Assembly: GCA_040326155.1 (NCBI GenBank)
Contig: JBEQLE010000005.1
Location: 1 to 64,000 of the forward strand
DNA length: 64,000 nt
Direction of reading: 5' to 3'
Source: Leptospirales bacterium
Lineage (GTDB): Bacteria > Spirochaetota > Leptospiria > Turneriellales > JAOUFE01
A program made the position numbers and the translations under genes. The notes below the pieces were generated by a model. It ran no database searches and was not told the DNA's origin. It was given only the letters and a program-made list of their open reading frames with translations. Of the stretch, positions 47,366 to 58,271 are shown piece after piece. Position 1 is the stretch's first letter. Every line of letters begins with the position of its first letter.

Positions 47366-48320
47366 GCATGCGGATAATACCGACCGGCTTTTTATGGTCG
47401 TTGACGACTGGCAACGTATACGTTTTTTTCTCGTGCATAATCGAGACGGCAGTTTCAATCAATGTCTCAGGCGAGGTCCAGATGGGATGCTCGTGCATAA
47501 GTTCTTGAGCTGTTTTACTAAACAAAGACTGGAGCGTTTTTTCATTGGTGTCCAGGTATCGTTTAATATCGCCATCGGTAATAATACCACGCATATGACC
47601 TTTCGAACCGACCACCAGAACGGCCCCCATGTTACTCGAAACCAGAGTTGCCAGTATCTCTTTAAACGGGGCATCTTTATTTACAGTAAAAGTGGTTATA
47701 TCGTCTTTCATAACATCCTTTACTTTGGTAAGAAGCTTTTTGCCCAGCGCCCCCGATGGATGAAATTTTCCAAAATCTTTAGGTTGAAATTTATTGAGTT
47801 CTATTAAACCGGCCGCTAGAGAGTCGCCAATTGCCAACGAGACCGTCGTTGAAGCCATAGGAGCCAGATTCAGCGGGCAACCTTCTTTCGTGATGGAATA
47901 TATAACAGCTACATCGCCCTCTTTTGCCAGAGTACTTTTATTTTTTTGTGTTATGGCTATAAGTTTTGCCCCTAAAAATCGTATATGCGGTAAAAGTTCT
48001 ATAATTTCGCGGGTTTCTCCCGAATTACTAAACGCGATGACAACCTCTTTGGTTTGAACATTACCCATATCCCCGTGCAAAGCGTCAGCGGGATGTAAAA
48101 ACACAGAGGGTGAACCGGTAGATGTTAAAGTGGCGGCAGTTTTTCGAGCCACCAGACCCGATTTTCCCATTCCGGTAACAATAATTCTATTGCCTGTAGT
48201 TTTTAATAAATGTACGGCTTCTTCAATTTGCTGTAAAAATTCGGGACTATCGAGGTTCTGCGTAAGCGATTGTACGGCGTTCGAAAGAGTCTCTTTAGCA
48301 ACGGATTGCAATCGACTCAT
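47343..48320 (-). CDS. kdsD: Arabinose-5-phosphate isomerase (KpsF/GutQ; SIS + CBS)
   Basis: TGMGKSG, STGSP, HGDMG, SNSGET, CPLNLAP and FHPSGALG motifs; CBS pair. Confidence 0.95.
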   Translation of the reverse strand: MSRLQSVAKETLSNAVQSLTQNLDSPEFLQQIEEAVHLLKTTGNRIIVTGMGKSGLVARKTAATLTSTGSPSVFLHPADALHGDMGNVQTKEVVIAFSNSGETREIIELLPHIRFLGAKLIAITQKNKSTLAKEGDVAVIYSITKEGCPLNLAPMASTTVSLAIGDSLAAGLIELNKFQPKDFGKFHPSGALGKKLLTKVKDVMKDDITTFTVNKDAPFKEILATLVSSNMGAVLVVGSKGHMRGIITDGDIKRYLDTNEKTLQSLFSKTAQELMHEHPIWTSPETLIETAVSIMHEKKTYTLPVVNDHKKPVGIIRMHDTIEYI

Positions 48321-48321
48321 A

Positions 48322-48597
48322 TTAAAAAATACTTCCCTGGGTGGCTTCACCTTCTTCTAAAGTTTCTTTATCCACTTTTTCGGCTTCCGTATTTCCATCG
48401 GGCTTCTTTTTTAAAACCGTCCACTTACCCTCGGCTTCTGTAAGTTTTTCTTCGCAAAATTGTCTTAGACTGACCGCCTTTTCGTAGAGCTCCATAGACT
48501 TCTCAAGGGAGTCTTCACCCGCTTCGAGGGCCTTTGTAATTTCTTCAAGCTCATTCATAGCCTCTTCGAAGGTCAGATTTTTTACCGATTTTGACAT
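48322..48597 (-). CDS. xseB: Exodeoxyribonuclease VII small subunit
   Basis: FEEAMNELEEITKALE..LEKSMELYEKA..CEEKLTEAE. Confidence 0.94.
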   Translation of the reverse strand: MSKSVKNLTFEEAMNELEEITKALEAGEDSLEKSMELYEKAVSLRQFCEEKLTEAEGKWTVLKKKPDGNTEAEKVDKETLEEGEATQGSIF

Positions 48598-48812
48598 AAT
48601 TCAGTTTAGAATCAGTGTTTCAGCTGTAAATGATTTATCGGTGGCACCTGCGCAGTTATTTTGACTATCATGCGGGGAAAAGATGGTAAATTCCCCATCT
48701 GTATTATCCATTTTCCCCCGTTACGAACCACTTCGCGGTTCTTAACTTCCCCTTTTATCTGCAGTGAGTTCGAGTTGTTGAAAATTTCCGGCAATGAAGT
48801 TTTGTGAACGAA

Positions 48813-49229
48813 TCAACGTTTCGGCTTGGCGATATTCAGGTAACCTTCCGAAGCGTATTTTATTATCTGCTTATCAAAGGTTAATAAAGTAGCATGTAAA
48901 ACACGAGCAGTAGCAACAATCATTCGGTCCGCAGGGTCACCATGAAAATTACCCGGCAAAACAGTACTCTCATAAGCAATTTCGGGGGAGAGCGGATAAA
49001 CACTCATTCCAGGAGCCGATGAGGCTTGTTCAATCCAGTCCAGTGTATTTTCAGATAATTTTATACGCTCTTTCGATACAAGCATTGCCAATTCCCAGAT
49101 ACTAATTGCTGGAATAAAAATAGTATGGTCTTTTATGCTTTTTTGAATTATTTGCAGAAAACCAGATTTCTTAATTTTTTCATCGCCATTGATCGTCCAT
49201 ATCCAGGTATGAGTATCTAAAACAATCAT
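48813..49229 (-). CDS. vapC: VapC-type PIN-domain toxin
   Basis: MIVLDTHTWIW, SIWEL, HGDPADRMIVATA and LLTFD motifs. Confidence 0.93.
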   Translation of the reverse strand: MIVLDTHTWIWTINGDEKIKKSGFLQIIQKSIKDHTIFIPAISIWELAMLVSKERIKLSENTLDWIEQASSAPGMSVYPLSPEIAYESTVLPGNFHGDPADRMIVATARVLHATLLTFDKQIIKYASEGYLNIAKPKR

Positions 49230-49235
49230 TGTTAT

Positions 49236-49463
49236 TTATTGATCGGCGTCCCAATTTTCTTCGAGAGGTTTTGTAATATCTCCGTATATGGCAACTGTAT
49301 CTTTCATATAACCAAAGATCGATTTACTGGGTTTATTACTATAGGGGACAAGTTTAGCTACCGGCTTACCATGTTTAGTAATAACCACTTCCTGGTGATA
49401 TGCGTTTACATCATCCATAATTTTCAAGCATTTGCTTTTAAACTCTGCAGCGGGCATATTCAT
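49236..49463 (-). CDS. Phd/YefM-family antitoxin
   Basis: AAEFKSKCLKIMDDV..VVITKHGKPVAKLVP; GAGGAG RBS. Confidence 0.93.
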   Translation of the reverse strand: MNMPAAEFKSKCLKIMDDVNAYHQEVVITKHGKPVAKLVPYSNKPSKSIFGYMKDTVAIYGDITKPLEENWDADQ

Positions 49464-49478
49464 TGTTGTCTCCTCTCT

Positions 49479-49527
49479 ATAGTCATATCTACATAGTCAT
49501 AATACTATATTCAATTTTTTTCGTCAA
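49479..49527 (-). promoter_or_regulatory. sigma70 promoter and probable TA operator
   Basis: TTGACG-N17-TATTAT, overlapped by two ATGACTAT direct repeats (49500-49493 and 49486-49479). Confidence 0.75.
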
Positions 49528-49535
49528 GTATTTTT

Positions 49536-49799
49536 TCACCATTCCATTAAAGCATCTTCTTTGTTTAGGCGTGCGCTGTCTCTCGCTAATGCTAAAACTT
49601 CATCATCATCGGTTAGTATTCCACTAGATTCAGCAAAAGGCAATGTCATATTTCGTAGTTGCCTGAATTTATAAATTGAAATATATCTACGCAGTGAATT
49701 ACGAACCAGGTCGCTCACCGGTTTGTGCTCTGCCTTACTCAACTCTTCTAATTTATTGCGCATTTCATCTGGTATGCGAACTGTAATTGTTTGACTCAC
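49536..49799 (-). CDS. Ribbon-helix-helix (CopG-type) antitoxin-like protein with an aberrant C-terminus
   Basis: GAGG RBS and GTG 49799; TITVRIPDEMRNKLEELSKAEHKPVSDLVRNSL; CTGACA-N17-TACATT promoter upstream. Confidence 0.8.
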   Translation of the reverse strand: MSQTITVRIPDEMRNKLEELSKAEHKPVSDLVRNSLRRYISIYKFRQLRNMTLPFAESSGILTDDDEVLALARDSARLNKEDALMEW

Positions 49800-50010
49800 T
49801 TTGTAACCTCGATTGTAAGACAATGTAGCACATCAGTACAGTTTTGTCAGATATTTTTACAATGGATCGCCGAAAATTATGGCATTAGAATAGATGCAAA
49901 TGCTCTTTAAATATTACTTGTAATATTGAAAAGATGTAGGTGAACACACAAGACCAGAGGACTTCTCTTTACGCCTTATATTTATTAAAAAATATGACGA
50001 CATAAATATT

Positions 50011-50871
50011 ATGCGAGCAGTTGATTTTTTTAAAACACCGGAAGGTAAAAAGTATTTAGCTGAGTTTCAAGACGAAATTTTTGTTATTAAATATGGGGGA
50101 GCCGCGCTCGAAACCGGTTCCATGAAACGTTTTTTTCTGGAAGATGTGGCGCAAATGCAAAAGCACGGGCTTCGCATTATTCTTGTTCATGGCGGGGGAA
50201 AAATGCTCTCGGCAAAAATGAAAGAAGAAAACATTGAGGTAGAGTTTGTCAATGGTATTCGAAAAACCACGGAGCGAATCGCCGAACTTGCCTTAGAGGT
50301 TTTTACATTGATTAATATAGAAATTTGTGAAATACTCAAAGAGTTTGGTATTAACCCATTAAGCTTATCAGAAGGAAAAACAGTAGGCGCGAAACTAATC
50401 GATTCTGAGAATCCTGATAATCGTGTAGGGGACGCTGTAAAAATTGATACCGGACGGGTGGACATTTCGTCATTGCCTGTACTTTCTTCCATAGGCCGAA
50501 GCGTGGGTCCGCCGGTAGATACACTAGAAGAAGGTAGTCTGCTCAATATAAACGCCGACATGCTTGCTCTTTCTACTGCGTTAGCCATCAAAGCTAGAAA
50601 ATTGATTTTTATTTCGGATGTAAATGGCATTTATCTGGACCATGAAGACAAGGATACGAAATTAAGCCGTATAACAGAAAGTGAAATTAACAACCTTGTC
50701 GAAAAAGGGGTTCTACATGGTGGCATGCGGTTGAAGGTGGAAATGGCTCTGAGGGCTCTGAAAAACGGGGTACGTAAAGTACATTTTTTAGATGGCCGAA
50801 TTGAACACTCCATAATGAAAGAAATATTTACAGACGAAGGGATTGGAACCGAGATTGTGCATGACGAGTGA
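50011..50871 (+). CDS. argB: Acetylglutamate kinase
   Basis: VIKYGG, VHGGG, NINAD, SDVNG, GGMRLK and EIFTDEGIGT motifs. Confidence 0.95.
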   Translation: MRAVDFFKTPEGKKYLAEFQDEIFVIKYGGAALETGSMKRFFLEDVAQMQKHGLRIILVHGGGKMLSAKMKEENIEVEFVNGIRKTTERIAELALEVFTLINIEICEILKEFGINPLSLSEGKTVGAKLIDSENPDNRVGDAVKIDTGRVDISSLPVLSSIGRSVGPPVDTLEEGSLLNINADMLALSTALAIKARKLIFISDVNGIYLDHEDKDTKLSRITESEINNLVEKGVLHGGMRLKVEMALRALKNGVRKVHFLDGRIEHSIMKEIFTDEGIGTEIVHDE

Positions 50872-51331
50872 GCTTACAACGATTGAAAAATCTTTTGAAA
50901 AAGCGTATGAATACGCGCTTATATCGCTCCAGATGGATGAAGTTCCCGCAGGGGCCGTTATTATTCGAAAGGGAGAGATTATTTCCGGCTCGGGAAATAA
51001 GATTAAAACTAACAAGAATCCGACAGCTCATGCTGAGCTCATTGCAATACAACAAGCTACGCAAACACTGCAAAACGAACGGCTAACAGGCTGCGAACTT
51101 GTGTGTACACTTGAACCTTGCGCTATGTGCAGCGGCGCCATTATTTTAGCCAGAATTGAAAAGGTGCATTTTCTCGCTTACGATGAAAAACTGCCAGCCT
51201 TGCGTCAGATTGTGGAATTACCCGGTCATAATCATAAAGTGAAGTGGCAAAGGCATGAAATTCCCCACCTGCCGTATATAGAAACACTTCAAAAGTTTTT
51301 TCGCGAAAAACGAAAATCAAAATCTTCATAA
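50861..51331 (+). CDS. tadA: tRNA adenosine deaminase-family protein
   Basis: EVPAGAVII, PTAHAE, TLEPCAMCSGA and FFREKR motifs. Confidence 0.9.
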   Translation: MTSELTTIEKSFEKAYEYALISLQMDEVPAGAVIIRKGEIISGSGNKIKTNKNPTAHAELIAIQQATQTLQNERLTGCELVCTLEPCAMCSGAIILARIEKVHFLAYDEKLPALRQIVELPGHNHKVKWQRHEIPHLPYIETLQKFFREKRKSKSS

Positions 51332-51375
51332 TATGGTTGGGCAAATGAACCGATACCTTTAAACAGGGTCGAGTT

Positions 51376-52500
51376 GTGAAGTTCTTCAAAATAAAAAATT
51401 CATATAAGGTTTTATTGCTCGTGGTTGCCATCGCTCTCGTGCAAATAAGTTTGGAAGCAGCATCTTTAACCGTAGTTGAAATTAATAATAAAAAGTATAT
51501 CCAACTCGAACATTTTACGGCTGTAGATTCAAACATCAGAGGAAAAGTCGACCCCTTAACACTGGTCGTGGAGCTTCACTATAAAACTAAAAAGGTTCGT
51601 TTGAAAATTGGCTACGCTTATTATGTGAGCGAAGGGGAGCAATACCAGCTGCAGTACCCACCGATTATAAAAAACTCTGTTGTATATTTACCCATTGGTT
51701 TAACAGAAGAGTTATTAAGTGAGCTGAATATACCCGTAAAATACAGATATGACGGAAACGATATTGATGTAGTAACTGTAACTCCGACTCCCCGGTTCCG
51801 GGCAGGGGAAAAGATAAAACTTGATTTTATCGTTCTTGACCCAGGACATGGTGGAAAAGACCCCGGTGCAAAAGGACGGGAAAAAGAGGTTACTCTAGAA
51901 GTCTCACGATACCTTTTTCACTACCTTCAAAAAAAATTACCGAAAACAAAAATTTACATAACCCGCTATAATGACGAATATATAACTCTGGCAGACCGTT
52001 CGAAAATAGCCAATCGGAAATTAAAACAACACCAGTTTGGAATTTTTATAAGCATTCATTGTAATTCAACCCTTCAAAAAAGCGTTCATGGGTATGAAAT
52101 ATATTACCTGGCGCAAAATGCCGACAGCGAGCAGGCTCGGCAGGTAATGTTGCGAGAAAATTTTGGCGAGACAAACGGATTTTCAAAAAAGTCCCCCGTA
52201 ACAGCCATAGAGTCTTTACTGTTTGATGCTCAATTAATGTCAGAAAGTAAAGTTCTTGCCAGAGCGCTAAACCGAACATTCATGACTCACTTCGATGGAT
52301 TGGTAAGCGCCCGTGGGATAAAACGTGCCGATTTTGCCGTATTGCGTGGTTCCATGATGCCCGCCGTACTATTTGAAATGGGCTATATCTCAAATGCCAA
52401 TGAGGCAGTGGTTTTACGATCTAAGAAATACCGCGAGAAACTCAGCATCGCGATAGTCGAGGCAGTTCAAGTGTTTATGCAAAATCTGCCCCGTCTCTAA
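51376..52500 (+). CDS. N-acetylmuramoyl-L-alanine amidase (Amidase_3)
   Basis: LDPGHGGKDPGA, EKEVTL, FISIHCN and AVLFEMGYISN motifs; signal peptide. Confidence 0.94.
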   Translation: MKFFKIKNSYKVLLLVVAIALVQISLEAASLTVVEINNKKYIQLEHFTAVDSNIRGKVDPLTLVVELHYKTKKVRLKIGYAYYVSEGEQYQLQYPPIIKNSVVYLPIGLTEELLSELNIPVKYRYDGNDIDVVTVTPTPRFRAGEKIKLDFIVLDPGHGGKDPGAKGREKEVTLEVSRYLFHYLQKKLPKTKIYITRYNDEYITLADRSKIANRKLKQHQFGIFISIHCNSTLQKSVHGYEIYYLAQNADSEQARQVMLRENFGETNGFSKKSPVTAIESLLFDAQLMSESKVLARALNRTFMTHFDGLVSARGIKRADFAVLRGSMMPAVLFEMGYISNANEAVVLRSKKYREKLSIAIVEAVQVFMQNLPRL

Positions 52501-52528
52501 TTATAAAAACGACCAAATTGGAATAATT

Positions 52529-53086
52529 ATGCGAATAAATTTTATTGAAAAATTGAAAACGGATAGACTCTTTTTATTACGTTTTATAATGGTATTGGTC
52601 TGCCTCGATACAATCAGTGTGATGGTTTTGGCGAGAGTCAGTCCCATTCAGTTTATCAATGTAGCGAAGTTTCTATCAATACCCGCCCCGGACACACGTG
52701 AGTTGGTTACCCTGTATTATCCGAAAAGTATTCGAATTAATGAAGACAAGGATGCGTCGCCGGAAAACTTGAAAGTGGGTTCCGATGAGAAAATTATTCG
52801 GTACACTTCAAGTGAGCTGAATGATAATCTTGCAGTTGAAAACGCTAAAATAATATTGATTGGTTTGGCGAATGACCCGAAAAATCCTGAAGGGCGAAAA
52901 GTTTTTAACTACGACGATATACCCGAAAGAATCTGGTTTAACGAACATGTTTTATACATCAGCATTCATGAGGAATTTGTAAAGTTTCTTAAAAATACGG
53001 AATGGAAAATTGTCTCCTTGTGCATTAAAAAATCACTTACCGAAAACATTGACTCTGTCCATGACGTTGTCTTTATGTTTCGCTAG
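52529..53086 (+). CDS. Hypothetical membrane-anchored protein (possibly GerMN-like)
   Basis: N-terminal TM helix; VTLYYP and SLTENIDSVHDV; follows the amidase. Confidence 0.6.
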   Translation: MRINFIEKLKTDRLFLLRFIMVLVCLDTISVMVLARVSPIQFINVAKFLSIPAPDTRELVTLYYPKSIRINEDKDASPENLKVGSDEKIIRYTSSELNDNLAVENAKIILIGLANDPKNPEGRKVFNYDDIPERIWFNEHVLYISIHEEFVKFLKNTEWKIVSLCIKKSLTENIDSVHDVVFMFR

Positions 53087-54740
53087 CCCGAGTTTTCAAC
53101 CATGTTTGAACAAATCCGAATAGTTGCAGTAAGACTATTATAATCAGATATATGTATAAGGGTAAATAACCCCAAATGGAAAAAAGAGAGTTCGATCTTT
53201 CAGGAATTGACACTTTGTAGATTCTTTCGGCACGCGAATTCTGTGGCGTCTGGTTTAATACGGTGCCGGTAATATCGATATAAGCGCTGATACCGGAATT
53301 GGTAGAACGGACAATAGGTAATCGAAGTTCAATGGCTCGAATTCTGGCGAGTTCAAGGTGTTGAAAATTTTCTGCGCTTTTACCGAACCATGTATCGTTT
53401 GTTAAATTAACAATGACTCTGGCTTTTTTGTTTGTTTTTTCGAAAAAATCAAGTGTAAATCGGGAGATCATCAGTTCATAGCAAACCGAAGGTAGTATAC
53501 CACCAATTTTCGAATTAAAAAGGGCTTTTTTATCGCCCGGTGTGAAGTTAGAAACCTCGGGAACAAGATTGGACAAGGCAGGGAATGTATAAGACAAGGG
53601 AATATATTCACCGAAAGGCAATAAAATTATTTTGTGGTATTTCGTTATATTGGTTTGGTCAGTCGGAATCAACCACATATTGTTAAAATATTCGGTCCTG
53701 CCTGAAGCGTTTCGCACCGGATCAATATCATTCAATATAAAATCTGTATTAAACTCATTTTGTATGGTATACACCACCTGCTGTAATTTCGTATGCTCGG
53801 TAAAACTTAACAAAGGAATTCCACTTTCGGGCCATACAACAAAATCAACCTTTCTATTTTTAGAACGCTCTTCGTTCAATAGAACAATAGTTTGTTCCGT
53901 TATATTTTTTAACACGTTATAGCGAAACGTATCGACGTTTCTAATTTCAGAAAATGCTAATGGGGCGTTGCCTTGGATTACGGCAAAATTGGCGGTTTTA
54001 AAATGGGTCTGTTTTTCGTTCCAATACGATTTTGCCAGATAGCCATACACATGCAGTAATGAAAACAGAACTAAAATGGCAAAGGCTGGTTTTAATGATT
54101 TTGCCGGTTTCAATGCCGGCAAAAAACGTTTGGCAATATCGTACAAAGACAAGTTCACCAGAAACCAGATAAGACTAAGGCCGTGAATGCCAACAATGTC
54201 GGCCGCCTGTATAAACAAGTCGTCCCCGCTAACCAGATTGGCTCCCGCAACGGGAAAAAGTTCCCAGCCGATTAACTCTGAAACACTCCATAAAACGGGC
54301 CATACTATGTAACGGTTTTTTAATAAACGATTCACAACCGACTCAGACTCTTCTTTCGTGCGAGATGTTAGATAGATGAAAACAAAAAACAGAATAAAGC
54401 GAGAGCTGTTAATAATACAATAACCGGCAAAAGTCAAATAACCAAGCCATTCGGGAAAGTGACCGTAAATAATAATCGTTGAATAGAGCCAGTACGATAT
54501 AAAAGTATAAAAAGCCAGGGCGAGAACAATACCCCACCTAATTGCTCTTTTAAAGGAGAGCTTATATTTGTCGATTAAAAAGAAGAGCGGTATAAAAGAA
54601 ACAAAACCAAGTGGCCATATATGGTATGGTGCAAAAGATAATATCTGTAATGCGGCCGAAAGAACCAACATTGCAAGAATGAAATATCTATCTGTTTTTT
54701 CTGGTGAATTCTTGAAGGAGGTTTTGAGTTGATTTGTCAT
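53073..54740 (-). CDS. lnt: Apolipoprotein N-acyltransferase
   Basis: VIQGN, WPES, YHKIILLPFGEY, VCYE, TNDTWFG, RAIE and NSGIS motifs. Confidence 0.95.
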   Translation of the reverse strand: MTNQLKTSFKNSPEKTDRYFILAMLVLSAALQILSFAPYHIWPLGFVSFIPLFFLIDKYKLSFKRAIRWGIVLALAFYTFISYWLYSTIIIYGHFPEWLGYLTFAGYCIINSSRFILFFVFIYLTSRTKEESESVVNRLLKNRYIVWPVLWSVSELIGWELFPVAGANLVSGDDLFIQAADIVGIHGLSLIWFLVNLSLYDIAKRFLPALKPAKSLKPAFAILVLFSLLHVYGYLAKSYWNEKQTHFKTANFAVIQGNAPLAFSEIRNVDTFRYNVLKNITEQTIVLLNEERSKNRKVDFVVWPESGIPLLSFTEHTKLQQVVYTIQNEFNTDFILNDIDPVRNASGRTEYFNNMWLIPTDQTNITKYHKIILLPFGEYIPLSYTFPALSNLVPEVSNFTPGDKKALFNSKIGGILPSVCYELMISRFTLDFFEKTNKKARVIVNLTNDTWFGKSAENFQHLELARIRAIELRLPIVRSTNSGISAYIDITGTVLNQTPQNSRAERIYKVSIPERSNSLFSIWGYLPLYIYLIIIVLLQLFGFVQTWLKTRASET

Positions 54741-56256
54741 ATGATTTAATCCAGTCGTTGTTCGAGGTGTTTAAATTATCTAATATATTTACAGCCAGTT
54801 GTTTTCCGAGTTCAACCCCCCATTGGTCAAAACTATTTATGCTCAACATGGCTCCTTCGGCAAAGGTTCGGTGCTCATAAAATGCCAATAATGAACCGAT
54901 TGCTTCAGGTGTATATTCCTTTAAAAAAATGACAGTTGCAGGACGATCACCGGGAAACCTGCGGTATGGTTCGTCGGCATCGCCTGTTTCAGAACCACAG
55001 GCAAGACCCGTACTTTGTGCGATCATGTTGGCAACGAGCATTTCATTAAAATGATCAGAATTGAATGAGTCTTTTAATATACCAACAAACTCAGCGGGAT
55101 GAATGCCCGTACCCTGGTGCAGAAGTTGCATAAAAGAGTGTTGGCAATCGGTTCCGGGAAGTCCCCAGACAATACCTGAAGTCTTGTAGTTGGCAATACC
55201 ATTTTCAATTACAAATGATTTTCCATTCGATTCCATTTCAAGTTGCTGAACATACTCGGTTAATAACGATAGTCCGGGGTGGTAGGGTAGCAAGGCTCGC
55301 GTCGAATATTCGAATCCATTGGAATGCCAGATGTCGAGAAGTGCAAAAATAAGGGGTATATTTTTACTTGTTTCGGTTGTAAAAAAATGGTGGTCCATTT
55401 CTGCGGCGCCGTTTAAAAATTTGTGGAAAACTTCGGGTCCGGTTTGAAAAATAACAGGCAGTGAAATGGCGGACCATATGGAATAACGTCCTCCCGTCCA
55501 TGTTGGAAAGTGGACGATATTTTCTTCCGGAAAACCGGCGTCGATCGCTTTTTGGGGCGCTGCAGTAATCGCGAGACAATGTTTTTGGAAATCGGGAGCA
55601 TTCACGAAAATATTTTGTATTACACTCCACCATTTAATTGTTTCTACGGATGAAAATGATTTGCTTGCTATAATAACGATGGTTGTTTTCGGGTCCAGGT
55701 TTTCGATTATACTTTTTACATCCGTGACAGGCGAACTTAAGAAATGGACTGCCGGAGCATTTTCTTTGAAAAATGGTTTAAGAGCGTTTGATAAAAATTT
55801 CGGTCCGGTAATGGAACCGCCAATTCCGGCGAAAATAACATCCGTAATTTTTTTATTGTCCGTGGAACAAAAACGGTTGTATATCGTTTCAATACTTGCC
55901 AGAGATTGCCTGGCTTCTGCGCGTATATTCTCGGGGTAGGGCAGGGTTTTATTTTCGTAACTGCGCAGGGCATGGTGAAGGGCCGGACGATTCTCCGTAG
56001 TGTTTACCGGTTTTCCTGAAAAGAAATCTTGTTTTTTTTGATTAAAACCTGTTTTTTCTGCAAGGCGAAATAAAATATCCAGAGCAGTAGAATCGATCTT
56101 GTTTTTAGTAATATCGAAAAGAAGACGTTCGGTTTTGAAAACAAACTTGTTTATTCTGTCAGGATCTTGAATCAGCTTATTTATATTGTTCTTAGAAACA
56201 ACGGGAACATGTTTTTTTAATTCTTCCCATTCAGGAAAGTCGGTAATTACAGGCAT
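54688..56256 (-). CDS. pgi: Glucose-6-phosphate isomerase
   Basis: TENRPALH, GIGGS, ASKSF, GGRYSIWS, QQLEMESNGK, QHSFMQLLHQG and SFDQWGVELGK motifs. Confidence 0.96.
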   Translation of the reverse strand: MPVITDFPEWEELKKHVPVVSKNNINKLIQDPDRINKFVFKTERLLFDITKNKIDSTALDILFRLAEKTGFNQKKQDFFSGKPVNTTENRPALHHALRSYENKTLPYPENIRAEARQSLASIETIYNRFCSTDNKKITDVIFAGIGGSITGPKFLSNALKPFFKENAPAVHFLSSPVTDVKSIIENLDPKTTIVIIASKSFSSVETIKWWSVIQNIFVNAPDFQKHCLAITAAPQKAIDAGFPEENIVHFPTWTGGRYSIWSAISLPVIFQTGPEVFHKFLNGAAEMDHHFFTTETSKNIPLIFALLDIWHSNGFEYSTRALLPYHPGLSLLTEYVQQLEMESNGKSFVIENGIANYKTSGIVWGLPGTDCQHSFMQLLHQGTGIHPAEFVGILKDSFNSDHFNEMLVANMIAQSTGLACGSETGDADEPYRRFPGDRPATVIFLKEYTPEAIGSLLAFYEHRTFAEGAMLSINSFDQWGVELGKQLAVNILDNLNTSNNDWIKSYDKSTQNLLQEFTRKNR

Positions 56257-56258
56257 GG

Positions 56259-58100
56259 TTAAAATATGTATCCAATTCTAACGGCGCCCCAGTGTTTGTC
56301 TTTAAATTTAAACGGCATGGAAAGATCGTTTAAAAATTCCCCAGTGTCCTTTTTGTACATTTGTAATAAATAAGGTTCGAGATTTTTGGAAGCCCTGATG
56401 CCAATTGAGTCGTTGTAAATTCTTTTTGTACGATTGTAACGCAGTTCATCGTCCGCATTTTGTGTCTGTGTTTGCATGTATTTTTTATTGTGCGTTGGAA
56501 CGTAACCGTGATCATCTACTAAACAAAAATAATCGAGACGATCATCTTTATTTAGAAAAACTTCCTGTTTAGGGCCTAAGTATTCGTCGGTAAAACGATC
56601 AAAGCTTGAGTGGTATTTTGGCGGGTTAAAATCACCGAATTTAACGTAAGTTCTGTTAAAGAGCTCTTCTTCTGTGATATGCTTTTTGTCCATTTCAGAC
56701 TCGAAGACTTTTGAAATCTCTTCTAGAAACTGGTTACCTAGTTGTAACATTCGTTGTAATGGATTCTCAAGCCGTTCTTCAAAATTAAATTTATCAGTAA
56801 TTATGGAAAGACTATATGTCTGTTCAACAAGATTGTCGGTATTGCTGAAAATCGTTTTTACACCATCGGCATTGTCCGATACAAATTTAGAAATAGTTTC
56901 GACATAGTTATGAATTTCATTTGACCTTTTCGATTGTTTTCGAGAAACAATTGCCAACTCATGAACTCGATCGGTCAACCCTTCCACATCACCTAATACA
57001 TTTTCAAGAAGGTCGTGTACCCGGTCAGAGTGATCAATAATCGTATTGGCTTGTTGCAGCTCTTTGGGTAGCATGTCCATTGTCGCTTCAGTGGACACCC
57101 GAATGGAGTTAATCATCTCAATAACTTTACGAGTTGATTTTTGAGTTGTATCTGCTAATTTACCGATCTCTTCGGCGACGACGGCAAAACTATGCCCTTT
57201 TTCTCCGGCGCGAGCCGATTCAATGGTGGCATTTAAGGCCAGAAGGTTTGTCTGGTCTGCTACGTTTTCAATACCATCAATAATAGTTGCGATTTTATTG
57301 GTTGAGGTACTTAAATTACGAATTAAATCGGTGGTCGTAGCCATGGTATTTAATACAGTTTTAATTTCACTTTCTGTGCTTAATGCCATTTTTTGCCCCA
57401 GAGCGGCTGACTCAATTGCTTTTTCTGACATGCTTTTAATGATAGATACTTTTTTATCGACATCGTTAAAAAATTCAGCCATATCCTGCGAGGTAAATAG
57501 AATATCGTGGGAGCTGCTTATTTGCTCTCTTAAGCGGCCCGCGTTCGTGGAAGCCAGCGAGTCGATGTTACCGGTTCCAGAATGAACAATATTAACAATG
57601 GTATCTAGAAACATAGCATGCGCAATCGGGATACTTTTCTCGAATTTATGTCTTGGTAGAATCTCTTTTTCTTCCGTAACAACCGTTTCGTTCGGTAATA
57701 TGCTTTTTTGCAGTGAAAAGGTGTGTAATATGAGGTGTAAAAGGGCTGCCAGAGCCATTATACTTCCTGCATAGACTTGAAACGAAAACACAGTCTCCGG
57801 TGGCAGAGGAAAGTAGAAAATAAGAAAAATATACAAACTAATTGCTATAGAAGATGTTAAGTAAATAAGGATAGGGTTACGATAAAGAAATATAAGGATA
57901 AGTGTCGGAAAAAGCAGGGCTCCAGAAAGGGGGTGGTAGTTTGTAGCCACACCAGCTGCCGCTACACTCAAGAACAGCAGGGGAATTGTGGTAAAAGGCG
58001 ATGTAAAAAAAATTATGATAGCATCTTTAAAGGAATTTTCAACTGCCTGTACAGGTTCGTTATCACCGTTAAGCGAATCGTATTTTAAACTAACTTCCAT
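56259..58100 (-). CDS. Methyl-accepting chemotaxis protein with an extra C-terminal domain
   Basis: Multi-TM N-terminus; [33 protein letters not shown]-terminal [30 protein letters not shown]. Confidence 0.92.
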   Translation of the reverse strand: MEVSLKYDSLNGDNEPVQAVENSFKDAIIIFFTSPFTTIPLLFLSVAAAGVATNYHPLSGALLFPTLILIFLYRNPILIYLTSSIAISLYIFLIFYFPLPPETVFSFQVYAGSIMALAALLHLILHTFSLQKSILPNETVVTEEKEILPRHKFEKSIPIAHAMFLDTIVNIVHSGTGNIDSLASTNAGRLREQISSSHDILFTSQDMAEFFNDVDKKVSIIKSMSEKAIESAALGQKMALSTESEIKTVLNTMATTTDLIRNLSTSTNKIATIIDGIENVADQTNLLALNATIESARAGEKGHSFAVVAEEIGKLADTTQKSTRKVIEMINSIRVSTEATMDMLPKELQQANTIIDHSDRVHDLLENVLGDVEGLTDRVHELAIVSRKQSKRSNEIHNYVETISKFVSDNADGVKTIFSNTDNLVEQTYSLSIITDKFNFEERLENPLQRMLQLGNQFLEEISKVFESEMDKKHITEEELFNRTYVKFGDFNPPKYHSSFDRFTDEYLGPKQEVFLNKDDRLDYFCLVDDHGYVPTHNKKYMQTQTQNADDELRYNRTKRIYNDSIGIRASKNLEPYLLQMYKKDTGEFLNDLSMPFKFKDKHWGAVRIGYIF

Positions 58101-58271
58101 ATTTTATCGATCCATACTGCAAGGAAACCGTAAATTCTCGATTTACACAGTCTACTCTTTTAATATCGGTATTAAAGGTTTTGTTATTAAAAAAGTTCTA
58201 AAAAGATTGAATTATTCGTTTTCGATTATTCTTTACAAGACAGAGGGATAAGTTAGCAAAGGAAACTGCAC

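Noticed and set aside
48612..48794. 60-aa ORF upstream of xseB as an xseA remnant
   Set aside because: No recognisable XseA motif, a TTG start and no RBS.
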